DNA of 64,000 nucleotides, from IMG/VR virus record IMGVR_UViG_3300030943_000012, one strand, 5' to 3'. This document shows positions 1 to 8,398 of the stretch, one piece after another. Each line of letters begins with the position of its first letter. The first letter of the stretch is position 1. Under the pieces are notes generated by a model, which saw only the letters and a list, made by a program, of their open reading frames with translations, made no database searches and was not told the origin of the DNA. Source of the DNA: an uncultured virus (IMG/VR IMGVR_UViG_3300030943_000012). Lineage: Duplodnaviria > Heunggongvirae > Uroviricota > Caudoviricetes. Made by a program: the position numbers and the translations under genes.

Positions 1-253
1 GCTGGGGGTAGGGGTTCTCGTAGTCGACCGAGAATTTCAGCTCGACCGGGCTGTAGAGATGGGCCGCCAGGCGCGTGACGTGGCTCGGCAGCGTGTTGAT
101 CAGGGATTTGGTCCCGTCGTAGCGCCTGGTCTCGTAGATCGCGCTCAGCAGCCTGTAATAGGACGACCGCATGCCCACGCTGACGCGGCATTTCTCGATC
201 AGATCGTTGCAGAAGGCGATCAGCTCGGGTTTGCCGGTCGGAAGCTCGATCAT
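1..253 (-). CDS. Probable portal protein, N-terminal part (runs off the left edge)
   Basis: ATG at 253 overlaps the TGA of the upstream gene (ATGA). Open frame MIELPTGKPELIAFCNDLIEKCRVSVGMRSSYYRLL...HLYSPVELKFSVDYENPYPQ to the edge. Lies downstream of the terminase, and a portal-like C-terminal half is at the right edge. Confidence 0.65.
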   Translation of the reverse strand, partial: MIELPTGKPELIAFCNDLIEKCRVSVGMRSSYYRLLSAIYETRRYDGTKSLINTLPSHVTRLAAHLYSPVELKFSVDYENPYPQ

Positions 254-756
254 CTCGTTTTCCCTGCCGCGGCGATCGCGGCCGCGCGCCCGCCATGGGA
301 ACTAGATAGCCGAGTTACGATGTTCGCGCCAGCCCGCGCGTAGGGCCCCTGATTGGTGGCGCCGGCGAACGCCGCCCCGTTGGACTGGAAGCCGGTCAGG
401 CCGGGCGTCTGGGCCATCACCTGGGTCACCGGGTTCGAGACGTCCTTGGTGACGAACTCGGAATTCCGGCCGTCGTTCAGGTCGGTGATCTTGAGCGAGG
501 ACATATCCTCGACCGAGCAGCCGGCGAGCTGGGCGGCCGCCTCGGCGCGCACCTCGGAGCCGTCCATGACCCCCCGCGCCACGCCCTCGATCGACTTGGT
601 CTTGGCCGACAGAATGTTCGGCATGTGGATGACCTCGTCGCCGTCATCGCGGTAGCTGTAGCCGCAGTGTGGGCAGCAAGTCGGCGGCTCGCCGGACGCA
701 TCCCACGGGAAGGTCTTGCGGCAATCGGAGTCGGGGCATCGATATCGAACGGCCAT
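250..756 (-). CDS. Zinc-ribbon-containing hypothetical protein
   Basis: CPDSDC...CPHCG cysteine pairs; translationally coupled between neighbours. Confidence 0.7.
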   Translation of the reverse strand: MAVRYRCPDSDCRKTFPWDASGEPPTCCPHCGYSYRDDGDEVIHMPNILSAKTKSIEGVARGVMDGSEVRAEAAAQLAGCSVEDMSSLKITDLNDGRNSEFVTKDVSNPVTQVMAQTPGLTGFQSNGAAFAGATNQGPYARAGANIVTRLSSSHGGRAAAIAAAGKTR

Positions 757-1038
757 TTAAGCACGCCTCTTTGCTTCTTCGGCTTCCCAACGCGCTCTAC
801 GCGCCGCTTGCTCGTCCAGCACTTCTTTCACGCACTCCATGAAGTATTCTTGCCCTTCGAAATCGCGGTCAGCTGCGAAGAACCCGGAAGGCTCGCCGCT
901 AAGGGGTGCCGCGACGGTCTTTTTGCAAAGCGGATTGCGCATCAGACTGCCAACAACAACGTCTTCACTCGTCAAAAGCCGGACGTCCGCGCACTGCCCC
1001 GCTACGACGCTCTTTCCCTGAATAGCATCTGTGCTCAT
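757..1038 (-). CDS. Hypothetical protein
   Basis: ATGA overlap with the terminase stop; abuts the next gene. Confidence 0.55.
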   Translation of the reverse strand: MSTDAIQGKSVVAGQCADVRLLTSEDVVVGSLMRNPLCKKTVAAPLSGEPSGFFAADRDFEGQEYFMECVKEVLDEQAARRARWEAEEAKRRA

Positions 1039-4000
1039 CGCCTATACCTCCATGCTTGGTGCCGCTGAACTGCCATCTGGCGGTAGCGGTCAGCCTCCTT
1101 GTTCCGGAAAAAAGTGTCAAGCGAAGACTGATTGAACAGGAACACCTGATCGGTGATCTTCAACTGGGACTTCGCCTCGGTGGCGGCGCGGGTCATCTTC
1201 TGCGCCATCAGCTTCGGCCGGGCCTTGTGGACCCAGCAGCGGAGCGCGAAGGCCGCGGCCAGCACGCGGTCATCCTTCTTGGACCCGGCGGCCTTGATCG
1301 TCGAATCCTCGCGCGTGATCGTCTTCATCTCGTCGATCAGCTCGGACGACCGGATGTGCAGCTGGCCGTTCGAGACGTAGTCGCGCAGGGTCTCGAGGTC
1401 GGCGATCTTGGATTGCCCGGACGTCTTGATGTGCCAGTTGTAGCTGGCGCCGAGCGAATCAGGCCGGGTGCCGATAAACGCCTGCACGTTGCGGAAGACG
1501 TTCTTGAGGCCCTGCTCCTCGTCCATCGGTGCGTAGCCGGTCTCGATCTGCTGCTTGAGCGAGCGCAGCTCGTTGAACACCGCGGTGCCGGCGCCATTGA
1601 GCTCCAGCAGGTACCGCACGTCGTTGGTCGGGTAGGAGCCGTACCAGCCGAGCAGCGCGGCCAGCACCCACGCCAACTGCCGGGTGTTGATCATGGTGAA
1701 GTTGTATTCTGCCACTTGGTCGCAGCCGTCGGCATAGCAGCGGAAAATCTGAATCGACGAGCGGTCGTTGTCAGGGTTCTCGCCGAATGCCGGATCAACG
1801 CCGAACACGTAGGTCGCGTCCTCCTGCGGCTCCTCCCAAACCTTGAGCTCGACCGAGCGCATGTTCTCGGCGCGCAGGATGCGCATGTCGACAAACTCCT
1901 GGCCGACGAGGCACATGAACGCCTGGTACTTCTTGCTGACGTGGACGTTGGTCTGGTCGGTCAGCTTCTCATTGGAGAAGAACACCGCGCCGGACTGTTG
2001 GAAGGCGTCTTCCTCAGTGTTGTGCGTAAGAATTCCGTTCGCGTCGAAAAGGTGGGATCCTTCGACCGTCAGATTCCAGACTTGCTCTACGCCACCTTCT
2101 GCCTCAACAGAAGCCACCTCGTCTTCGAACGCGATAGTCGGGCGCTTATTGTTGCCGGCCTTGCCCGAGCGATTGGCCCACATTTTCTCGTATGCGCCGG
2201 GGTTGTACCGATCGCGCTTGCGCTTAGAGATGAATCCTATTTGGGCGTTAAAACTAAGTGCCTCCGCGGTGCGCAGTTCTAGCTGATTGCCGGTGTAAAA
2301 ATGCCCGTCGCCCGCTTTTTTCTTCATAGAAACGGCGCGGCTAGTAATGCCGAACGCCAGCAGTAGTAGCTGAACCTCGCGGATAAAGTCTGGGTACTTG
2401 GAAAAAAGAGCGACGCGGTTAGTTTCGTATGCGTTGAAGCCATCCGCCTCAAACAGCCCCGTCAGGAACTCTTTCACCACGCGTTTCGGGGAACGCCATA
2501 TAAACTCGGGCACATGAACGCGGCGCTGGGTTTTTACCGTGTCATTTCGGAGCAGGCCGAGGGCTCGCACGGTCAGCATCGCGTGCTTCACGCCGCTGCG
2601 AACAGTCACCCACCCGTCGCGAGGCTGAAGGCTTGCTTCCACGCCGAAAACATCGCGGTAGAGCCTACGGCACTCCTCGATCACGTCGGTATCCTTGGCG
2701 TCGCAACAGATGGATACCTCCGTTACAGATGCTCGACTGTACGAAGAAGCCGAACCATCTCCCATGAACAGGCCTACATACCTGGCCAAGTCAGGGGTAA
2801 TCACTATTTTCGACTCGATGACCCCCTGCTTCCATGCGATCTCTGAGAGGTCTCCGTCGTGCAGCATGGGCGGTTGCAGGCGCACTCTGGCGCCGAGCGA
2901 AGCATCCAAGCGCAATTCTCGATTGTCGGTAGTGATGAGCGGGTGGTTGCCTGTCCCCCTAAATTCATAGCCTAGCTTCGTGCGCACCTTCCATATTTGG
3001 GCGAGTCCAGTCGGGCCTCCGGCAACGATACGGCCTTGCGAGCATTGTTTCGCGAGGATTGCTTCCTCGATCGGTAGTATCCCTTTGTCGGTTCCGACGC
3101 GGGTACCTGCGACAACGCACCATGGCTGCTCTTGGGTTCGACTGGTCGACGCGGTGTATTCGACCTCAGTATCGTCGTTGTCGGCCCGCGCGGTCGGGTC
3201 GTACTTGCGGCGCACCCATGCCAGCTGTTCAGCGTCAATCTTGATGCCGTATTGTTTGCGGACTGCTTCGATCTTCTTGAGTTCTTCTTCCGTCGGATCC
3301 TGCATACCGTAGGTGAGGAAATCGCGATGCTCGCGTGGGATGCGCTGGCTTTGCTTGGCCCACCACCCCAAGAATATAGTCCTACAGTGAAGCTTGTCTT
3401 TTTTGGACTCGTTCCACATGTCGTACCAAATGTTGAAGCCGCGTGCGGTCGATTCCCAAATAAAAAGCCGGTTCTCGTTCAGTTCTGACAGGGACTGCTT
3501 CAGCGCTTCGACGCCGTCGGTGTCTCCCCAAGAACAGAGCTCGCTAGCATGCAGAAATGATAAGCCAACCGATCGGCCAAGGCCGCCCGATCCTTTACTC
3601 TTACGGATGCCGGCCGCGAGAAACAGCATCTCGGCCTTGTTCTTCAGCACCAGGCTGTAGCGGTTGTCGTTGGCGATGCCGGGAAACTTCAATTTAGCGG
3701 GAAGCTCGCTGATGGCAGTGACGAGCTCGGTACGCGCCTTTACCTTGTTGGTATCGGTATCAAATACGATCGCGCCATTAAGGCCGGGATTGAGCCCGAT
3801 CAAGAACGTTGTCAGAAAGCGAATAATGGTGGAGATACCGAGCTGGCGGGCCTTGAGGATCACGATGTCATGGCAGTCATCTTCAAGCGCGTCGAAGATT
3901 GCCGAGATAAGCTGGCGCTGTCCGTCGTAGAGCTGTTTACCAATGCAAATCTTGCCGTGGTCTTTCGAAAACACGAACGCATTGTCCAAGAAAGTATAGA

Positions 4001-4046
4001 ATGCCTTCTCGGTTGCGAGTCTTTTTGTTCGTGACCATCCTGCCAT
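1035..4046 (-). CDS. terL: Terminase large subunit containing an intein
   Basis: Walker A-like LKARQLGIST, Walker B FLHASE, coupling motif ESTA, RNase H-like nuclease FGVDPAFG and KDDRVLA. Confidence 0.93.
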   Translation of the reverse strand: MAGWSRTKRLATEKAFYTFLDNAFVFSKDHGKICIGKQLYDGQRQLISAIFDALEDDCHDIVILKARQLGISTIIRFLTTFLIGLNPGLNGAIVFDTDTNKVKARTELVTAISELPAKLKFPGIANDNRYSLVLKNKAEMLFLAAGIRKSKGSGGLGRSVGLSFLHASELCSWGDTDGVEALKQSLSELNENRLFIWESTARGFNIWYDMWNESKKDKLHCRTIFLGWWAKQSQRIPREHRDFLTYGMQDPTEEELKKIEAVRKQYGIKIDAEQLAWVRRKYDPTARADNDDTEVEYTASTSRTQEQPWCVVAGTRVGTDKGILPIEEAILAKQCSQGRIVAGGPTGLAQIWKVRTKLGYEFRGTGNHPLITTDNRELRLDASLGARVRLQPPMLHDGDLSEIAWKQGVIESKIVITPDLARYVGLFMGDGSASSYSRASVTEVSICCDAKDTDVIEECRRLYRDVFGVEASLQPRDGWVTVRSGVKHAMLTVRALGLLRNDTVKTQRRVHVPEFIWRSPKRVVKEFLTGLFEADGFNAYETNRVALFSKYPDFIREVQLLLLAFGITSRAVSMKKKAGDGHFYTGNQLELRTAEALSFNAQIGFISKRKRDRYNPGAYEKMWANRSGKAGNNKRPTIAFEDEVASVEAEGGVEQVWNLTVEGSHLFDANGILTHNTEEDAFQQSGAVFFSNEKLTDQTNVHVSKKYQAFMCLVGQEFVDMRILRAENMRSVELKVWEEPQEDATYVFGVDPAFGENPDNDRSSIQIFRCYADGCDQVAEYNFTMINTRQLAWVLAALLGWYGSYPTNDVRYLLELNGAGTAVFNELRSLKQQIETGYAPMDEEQGLKNVFRNVQAFIGTRPDSLGASYNWHIKTSGQSKIADLETLRDYVSNGQLHIRSSELIDEMKTITREDSTIKAAGSKKDDRVLAAAFALRCWVHKARPKLMAQKMTRAATEAKSQLKITDQVFLFNQSSLDTFFRNKEADRYRQMAVQRHQAWRYRR
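2019..3119 (-). mobile_element. Intein (367 aa) with LAGLIDADG homing endonuclease
   Basis: Starts CVVAGTRV, ends ...LFDANGILTHN followed by T. LAGLIDADG helices YVGLFMGDG and FLTGLFEADG. Removing it restores QEQPW-TEEDAF. Confidence 0.95.
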
Positions 4047-4047
4047 T

Positions 4048-4072
4048 GGAACTATATACCCGTTCAGCTGTT
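4048..4072 (+). promoter_or_regulatory. Candidate sigma-EcfG (general stress) promoter
   Basis: GGAAC (4048-4052)-N17-GTT (4070-4072) directly upstream of the small plus-strand membrane gene. Confidence 0.4.
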
Positions 4073-4099
4073 GTCGGTCCAGCCCCGGAGGATTGTTCC

Positions 4100-4279
4100 A
4101 TGGACCTTCTCATCTCGCTCCTGATCTTCGCCGTCGTGATCATCGTGATTTTGTACGTGATCGACTTGCTGCCCCTCCCGGCGCCGATCCCGATGATCGC
4201 CAAGCTGATCGTCGGTCTGCTCGGGCTGATCTATCTGCTCAGGGCCGTTCTGCCGGTGCTTGGACACGGGCGGTTTTAG
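4100..4279 (+). CDS. Small two-TM membrane protein (Thivi_2564-like)
   Basis: GGAGGA RBS; MDLLISLLIFAVVIIVILYVIDLLPLPAPIPMIAKLIVGLLGLIYLL; opposite strand to its neighbours. Confidence 0.75.
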   Translation: MDLLISLLIFAVVIIVILYVIDLLPLPAPIPMIAKLIVGLLGLIYLLRAVLPVLGHGRF

Positions 4280-4545
4280 CGCCCACTCATCCTCTGCTGA
4301 TCCTTGATCTGATTGATCTGGTCGTCGACCGTCGACTTCAGAGCCTGCCAGAAAATCAGGCCGGCGCCGGGGCTGTTCATGAACAGCGAGGCGGTGGGCA
4401 TGCCGATCCCCGCCGGCGGGACCAACACGAATGCGCCGCCGAAGTTGCCGGCCTTGTTCAGACGGATCTGGGCGGCCATCTGGTCGAAGGCGGCCGCGAG
4501 CGCTTCGGCGTCGTAGCCAAGCTGGGGGATCAGGGGTTCGGTCAT
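4276..4545 (-). CDS. Hypothetical protein
   Basis: TGATG coupling to the KTSC gene; MTEPLIPQLGYD... Confidence 0.65.
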   Translation of the reverse strand: MTEPLIPQLGYDAEALAAAFDQMAAQIRLNKAGNFGGAFVLVPPAGIGMPTASLFMNSPGAGLIFWQALKSTVDDQINQIKDQQRMSGR

Positions 4546-4760
4546 CAGCCTCGCCTGAATTGAAAGTACGGCTTGATCTCGGAATTGAGAAACGAACCGA
4601 CGGACGCCGCGTTGGCGCACTGCGTCGCCAGATCCTCGGGCACGCCCGAGTAGATGTAGCGGCCGCCCTTGATGAACGTCACCAGCATCTCAGGCGGATC
4701 TTCCTGATAGCTGATTTCGCTCACGTTGCTCGAAAATACTGGCTTGGTCCAGTCGGGCAT
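4545..4760 (-). CDS. KTSC-domain protein
   Basis: SSNVSEISY...LVTFIKGGRYIYSGVP...ANAASVGSFLNSEIK matches the KTSC pattern. Confidence 0.85.
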   Translation of the reverse strand: MPDWTKPVFSSNVSEISYQEDPPEMLVTFIKGGRYIYSGVPEDLATQCANAASVGSFLNSEIKPYFQFRRG

Positions 4761-6120
4761 GTAGCACCTCGATCATATCGGCGAACACCGGCTTCCATGA
4801 CTGGTCGTCGCCCTGTTTGAAATACGTTGTTTTCGGAGTCCAGATCGCTTTCTCGCCAGTGGGGCCGATCCGGAAATCGAGTCCGCAATAGCTGTACGGC
4901 ACCCAGCAATCGACATCGGCCAGCGCCGCCATGTGAGCCACCGCGGACTCGCAGGATATCACAAGGTCGAGGTCTTTCATAATCGCCAGCGTGTCGGTGA
5001 CGTCGCTGATATAGCCCGAGAGATCGCGCACGGTCGAGGAGGCGCCGGTGTCGTAGAGATCCTGCTTCTTGGCGTCCTTCTGCAGGCTGTAGAGCTGGAC
5101 GCCCGGCACCTCGTACAGGTCGAGGAAGTGCTTGAGGTCGATCGAGCGGTGGTGGTTGATGTCGTTCAGCGCCGAGCCCGACCACGCGATCCCGATGTGG
5201 AATTTGCGATCGGCCACCTTCCAGTCGCCGCGCAGCTTGCGCGCGTCGTAGTCGATGTGAGGCTGGTCGACGATGTCCTCGGTGCGCAAGCCCATCGCGG
5301 TCGGCAGGCTGACGAACGTCGTCCAGTGGTCATAGGCCGGGAACGGCGTGCCGAGCGGCATCAGGTTGACGTTCTTGAGGTGGCTGAACGCGCTGGTGAA
5401 CAGCCGCATCAGCTCCGGCTGCACACACAGGTGCAGGTACTTCGAGCGCACCGCGGCGGCCTCGACGAAGCGGGAGAACGACAGCGTGTCGCCCAGACCC
5501 TGGTCGGCGGCCACGAAGATCACCTTGTTAAGCTCGCCGCGCCACTTCGTGAACGGGAACGAGAGGTACTGGTGCAGCTTGTAGCGGAAGCGCGCCTCGA
5601 AGTAGCGCAGGCCCTCGGCGAACTGCCGGTTGTGCATCAGGGCGAACGCCAGATTGACCTGCATGGTGGGGTCGTCCGGCATCAGCTCGTCGGCCTTCAT
5701 CGCGCAGGAGACCGCGGTTTCCGTCTGGTTCATGGTGTAGTGGACCATGGACAGGTTGCACCACGCCATCGGGATGGTCGGGTCGAGGTCGGTGGACTTC
5801 GACAGGTGCTCGAACGCTTCCTGCGTCTTGCCGACGATGTGAAGCTGCCAGCCGATGTTGCAGTGGACGCGGGCGGCGTTCTGCGGGGTGTGCTCGCATT
5901 CCAGCGAGCGCCGATACGCCGCGATGGCAGCGTCGTGCATGCCGAGGTCGGCGGCGTTGTTGCCGACGGCGTAATGGGCCTGGCCCCAGGTGGGGTCGGC
6001 GTAGGCCGCGGCGACGAAGTTCGCATAGGCTTGCGTCAGGCCCGCGGAGTTGTTGCGGTTGTTCGCAGCGGCCTGCTCGCCGGCGGAATAGAACTGTTGG
6101 GCGGCTTCGCGGTTACCCAC
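4690..6120 (-). CDS. TPR-repeat + GT9-like (GT-B) glycosyltransferase
   Basis: N-terminal TPR helices; QGLGDTLSFSRF, IGIAWSGS, LDLVISCESAVAHMAA. Start probably GTG 6120 (GGAG RBS). Confidence 0.85.
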   Translation of the reverse strand: MGNREAAQQFYSAGEQAAANNRNNSAGLTQAYANFVAAAYADPTWGQAHYAVGNNAADLGMHDAAIAAYRRSLECEHTPQNAARVHCNIGWQLHIVGKTQEAFEHLSKSTDLDPTIPMAWCNLSMVHYTMNQTETAVSCAMKADELMPDDPTMQVNLAFALMHNRQFAEGLRYFEARFRYKLHQYLSFPFTKWRGELNKVIFVAADQGLGDTLSFSRFVEAAAVRSKYLHLCVQPELMRLFTSAFSHLKNVNLMPLGTPFPAYDHWTTFVSLPTAMGLRTEDIVDQPHIDYDARKLRGDWKVADRKFHIGIAWSGSALNDINHHRSIDLKHFLDLYEVPGVQLYSLQKDAKKQDLYDTGASSTVRDLSGYISDVTDTLAIMKDLDLVISCESAVAHMAALADVDCWVPYSYCGLDFRIGPTGEKAIWTPKTTYFKQGDDQSWKPVFADMIEVLHARLDQASIFEQRERNQLSGRSA

Positions 6121-6370
6121 GCGACGGCTCCGCACGGAAACGCGAGCGTCGGAGGTTTGGCTTCGGCTCCGGGAGCGTTTCCACGACGACAAACGCATCG
6201 CTATCCTGCAGGAGCCTTACTGCGAGGTCGTGCGAAGCGCAGGTAAGAGATTCGCGGTCAGCGCGGCCGCAAGCAATTCCCTTACCCTCCAGGAAATCCA
6301 AAAACAACGAAAGAAGCAGGGTCTTTCCGGCACCTTCTTCCCCGGAAATCGAAACTTGAATCTCAGCCAT
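6113..6370 (-). CDS. Small P-loop protein (thymidylate-kinase-like N-terminus)
   Basis: VSISGEEGAGKTLLL Walker A in an 85-aa ORF. Confidence 0.55.
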   Translation of the reverse strand: MAEIQVSISGEEGAGKTLLLSLFLDFLEGKGIACGRADRESLTCASHDLAVRLLQDSDAFVVVETLPEPKPNLRRSRFRAEPSRG

Positions 6371-6554
6371 TGAGGACATCCTTGTACTTGTTGCGCAGGT
6401 TGGTGGCGAGGCACAGGGTGATCGAGTGCGGACCCTGCGGGCGGTGTACCCATTCCTGGGTTTCCGGGCGATACTCGACCACGAGACTGGCCTTGCAGTG
6501 GGGGCAGACGTCGGCGAGCACGGATTGAAGTTGTTCGCGGGTCAGGTCGGTCAT
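6363..6554 (-). CDS. Small Cys-containing hypothetical protein
   Basis: CPHC motif; overlaps the next gene start. Confidence 0.55.
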   Translation of the reverse strand: MTDLTREQLQSVLADVCPHCKASLVVEYRPETQEWVHRPQGPHSITLCLATNLRNKYKDVLNG

Positions 6555-6670
6555 ACGTCAGTTTCTCCAGAATTGATTGTGCCAACCGGGAACTAGCCAT
6601 ATGTTGTTTCCATAGTACACAGCGGGGCGCCATATGTCCCCGCGATGCCTTACGTAGCAAAATACTGCTG

Positions 6671-7369
6671 TCATTTTCCCGCCCTCGCTTCGACCCGCTT
6701 GATCTGGGTGTGGTCGAAATCGCGGCCGGAGCGGGTCTTGATGCCCATGTCGCGAAACTCGCGGGCAATCGCCCACGGGGTCATGCCCTTCTTCACGCGC
6801 GCCTGCACGAGCTTGATGACATCCTGCTCGGCGGGCTCCTCCACGAGAACCGCGGCCTGGCCGGAACCCTCGATGCGCCAGCCGTAGGGAGCCTCGCCGC
6901 CGATGTGACCGCCCTTTTTCTTCTTGAGCAGCTTGCCGGAGGTGATGCGCTCCACGATGCGGCCGCGCTCGAACTCGGCGAAAGCCGCCAGCATGCTGAA
7001 GAATAGCTTGGACGGGCCGTCCCGCATCACCGACTGGGTGCCCATGTCGAGCAGCACCAGATGCGCGCCCTTCTCCTTCAGCGCCTCCACGGTCTCTAGC
7101 GCGTCGATCGAGGAGCGGAAGATGCGGTCCATCTTGGAAGCGACGACCGTGTCGCCGGCCGTCACCGCTTCGAGAAGCTGCTGGCCGCCGGGGCGGCTGA
7201 GCATTTTCGAACCGCCGGACACGCCGGCGTCCGAGTAAATCTGGACGTCGTACTTGCCGACGCCTTGGGACTGGGCGTAGGCGTTGATGGCGCGCTCCTG
7301 CTCCTGCAGCGACGTCTTGTTGGCGACGGCCTGTTCCAGGGTCGAGACGCGAGCATATCCGAGAATCAT
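6671..7369 (-). CDS. Serine recombinase (resolvase family)
   Basis: GYARVST catalytic motif, DAGVSG, RPG, KMDRIFRS, FAEFER, C-terminal GGEAPYGW/HTH; strong RBS AAGGGGAG. Confidence 0.92.
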   Translation of the reverse strand: MILGYARVSTLEQAVANKTSLQEQERAINAYAQSQGVGKYDVQIYSDAGVSGGSKMLSRPGGQQLLEAVTAGDTVVASKMDRIFRSSIDALETVEALKEKGAHLVLLDMGTQSVMRDGPSKLFFSMLAAFAEFERGRIVERITSGKLLKKKKGGHIGGEAPYGWRIEGSGQAAVLVEEPAEQDVIKLVQARVKKGMTPWAIAREFRDMGIKTRSGRDFDHTQIKRVEARAGK

Positions 7370-7394
7370 GGTGGCTCCCCTTGTTGGGAGTAAA

Positions 7395-8396
7395 CTACGA
7401 GGTAGCGCGGGCCTTGTCAACCTGCTCCTTGATCCACGGGTAGGTCATTTCGAGACCGTCGCGGAGGGTCATGGACGGTTTCCAGCCCAGCTTCTCCTCA
7501 ATCAGGCTGTTGTCGCTGTTCCGACCGCGGACGCCAAGGGGGCCAAGGATGTGCTCGACCGCCACGGCCTTGCCGGCAATGCCACAGATCATTGCGATCA
7601 TCTGGTTGATCGAGACCATCTCGGAAGATCCGATATTGACCGGACCCGTGAAGCTCGACGCCATCAGGCGCACCGTGGCCTCGACGCACTCGCTGACGTG
7701 CATGAACGATCGGGTCTGCCGGCCGTCGCCGAAGCAGTCGATCGCGCCGTGGTGCTTCTCACCCTCAAACCCGGCCTCGGCGATCTTGCGCATGAAGGCC
7801 GCCGGCGCCTTCTCGCGGCCGCCGCGCCATGTGCCATAGCTGCCGAAAATGTTGTGGAAGCGCCCGATGCGAACGTCCATGCCGTGGTTGCGGCCGTAGG
7901 CGAGGTAGAGCGACTCGCTGAACAGCTTCTCGATGCCGTAGGGACTGTCAGGGTTACCCGCCATGTCCTCGCGGCACGCCATTCGGTAGTGGTCGCCGAA
8001 TTCGACATTGATCGGGTTGAGTGTCGGGTACACGCACGCACTCGACGAGAAGAAAATCTTCTTGACCCCGGCCTGGCGGGAGGCTTCCAGCACGTTCAGA
8101 TTGATCATCGCGCTGGAGTGCATGATGTTGGCGTCGTTGTCGCCACTGAAAATGTACTCGGCGCCACCCATTTCTGCGGCCAAAGAGTAGACTTCGTCAA
8201 AGCTCTCGAATCGGAATTGGGAGAGGTAGTCGATCGGGTTGCGCAGATCGTGAACGAAATACTCGTTGGCCGGCGCGAAGCCGAACTCGGGCATCTTGCG
8301 GTCGATCACCACCACATAGGCGCCGTCGTCGCGCAGGCGCTTGCAGAGGTGGTTGCCGATGAAGCCCGCGCCACCTGTCACCAAAATTTTCTTCAT
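7395..8396 (-). CDS. GDP-mannose 3',5'-epimerase-like extended SDR
   Basis: TGGAGFIG, LAAEMGG, SSACVYP, YGIEK, RFHNIFG, GGREKAPAA, GDGRQTRSF, GVRGRNSDN. Confidence 0.9.
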   Translation of the reverse strand: MKKILVTGGAGFIGNHLCKRLRDDGAYVVVIDRKMPEFGFAPANEYFVHDLRNPIDYLSQFRFESFDEVYSLAAEMGGAEYIFSGDNDANIMHSSAMINLNVLEASRQAGVKKIFFSSSACVYPTLNPINVEFGDHYRMACREDMAGNPDSPYGIEKLFSESLYLAYGRNHGMDVRIGRFHNIFGSYGTWRGGREKAPAAFMRKIAEAGFEGEKHHGAIDCFGDGRQTRSFMHVSECVEATVRLMASSFTGPVNIGSSEMVSINQMIAMICGIAGKAVAVEHILGPLGVRGRNSDNSLIEEKLGWKPSMTLRDGLEMTYPWIKEQVDKARATS

Positions 8397-8398
8397 CG

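Noticed and set aside
1056..2282. Long antisense ORFs (also 4933-6246, 7284-8474, 35405-36916, 46637-48148, 49554-50855, 60141-60929)
   Set aside because: Shadow frames opposite well-supported genes in high-GC DNA; no RBS or recognisable motifs.
6671..7369. IS607-type insertion sequence
   Set aside because: No N-terminal MerR HTH and no adjacent tnpB; the gene is coupled within the operon.
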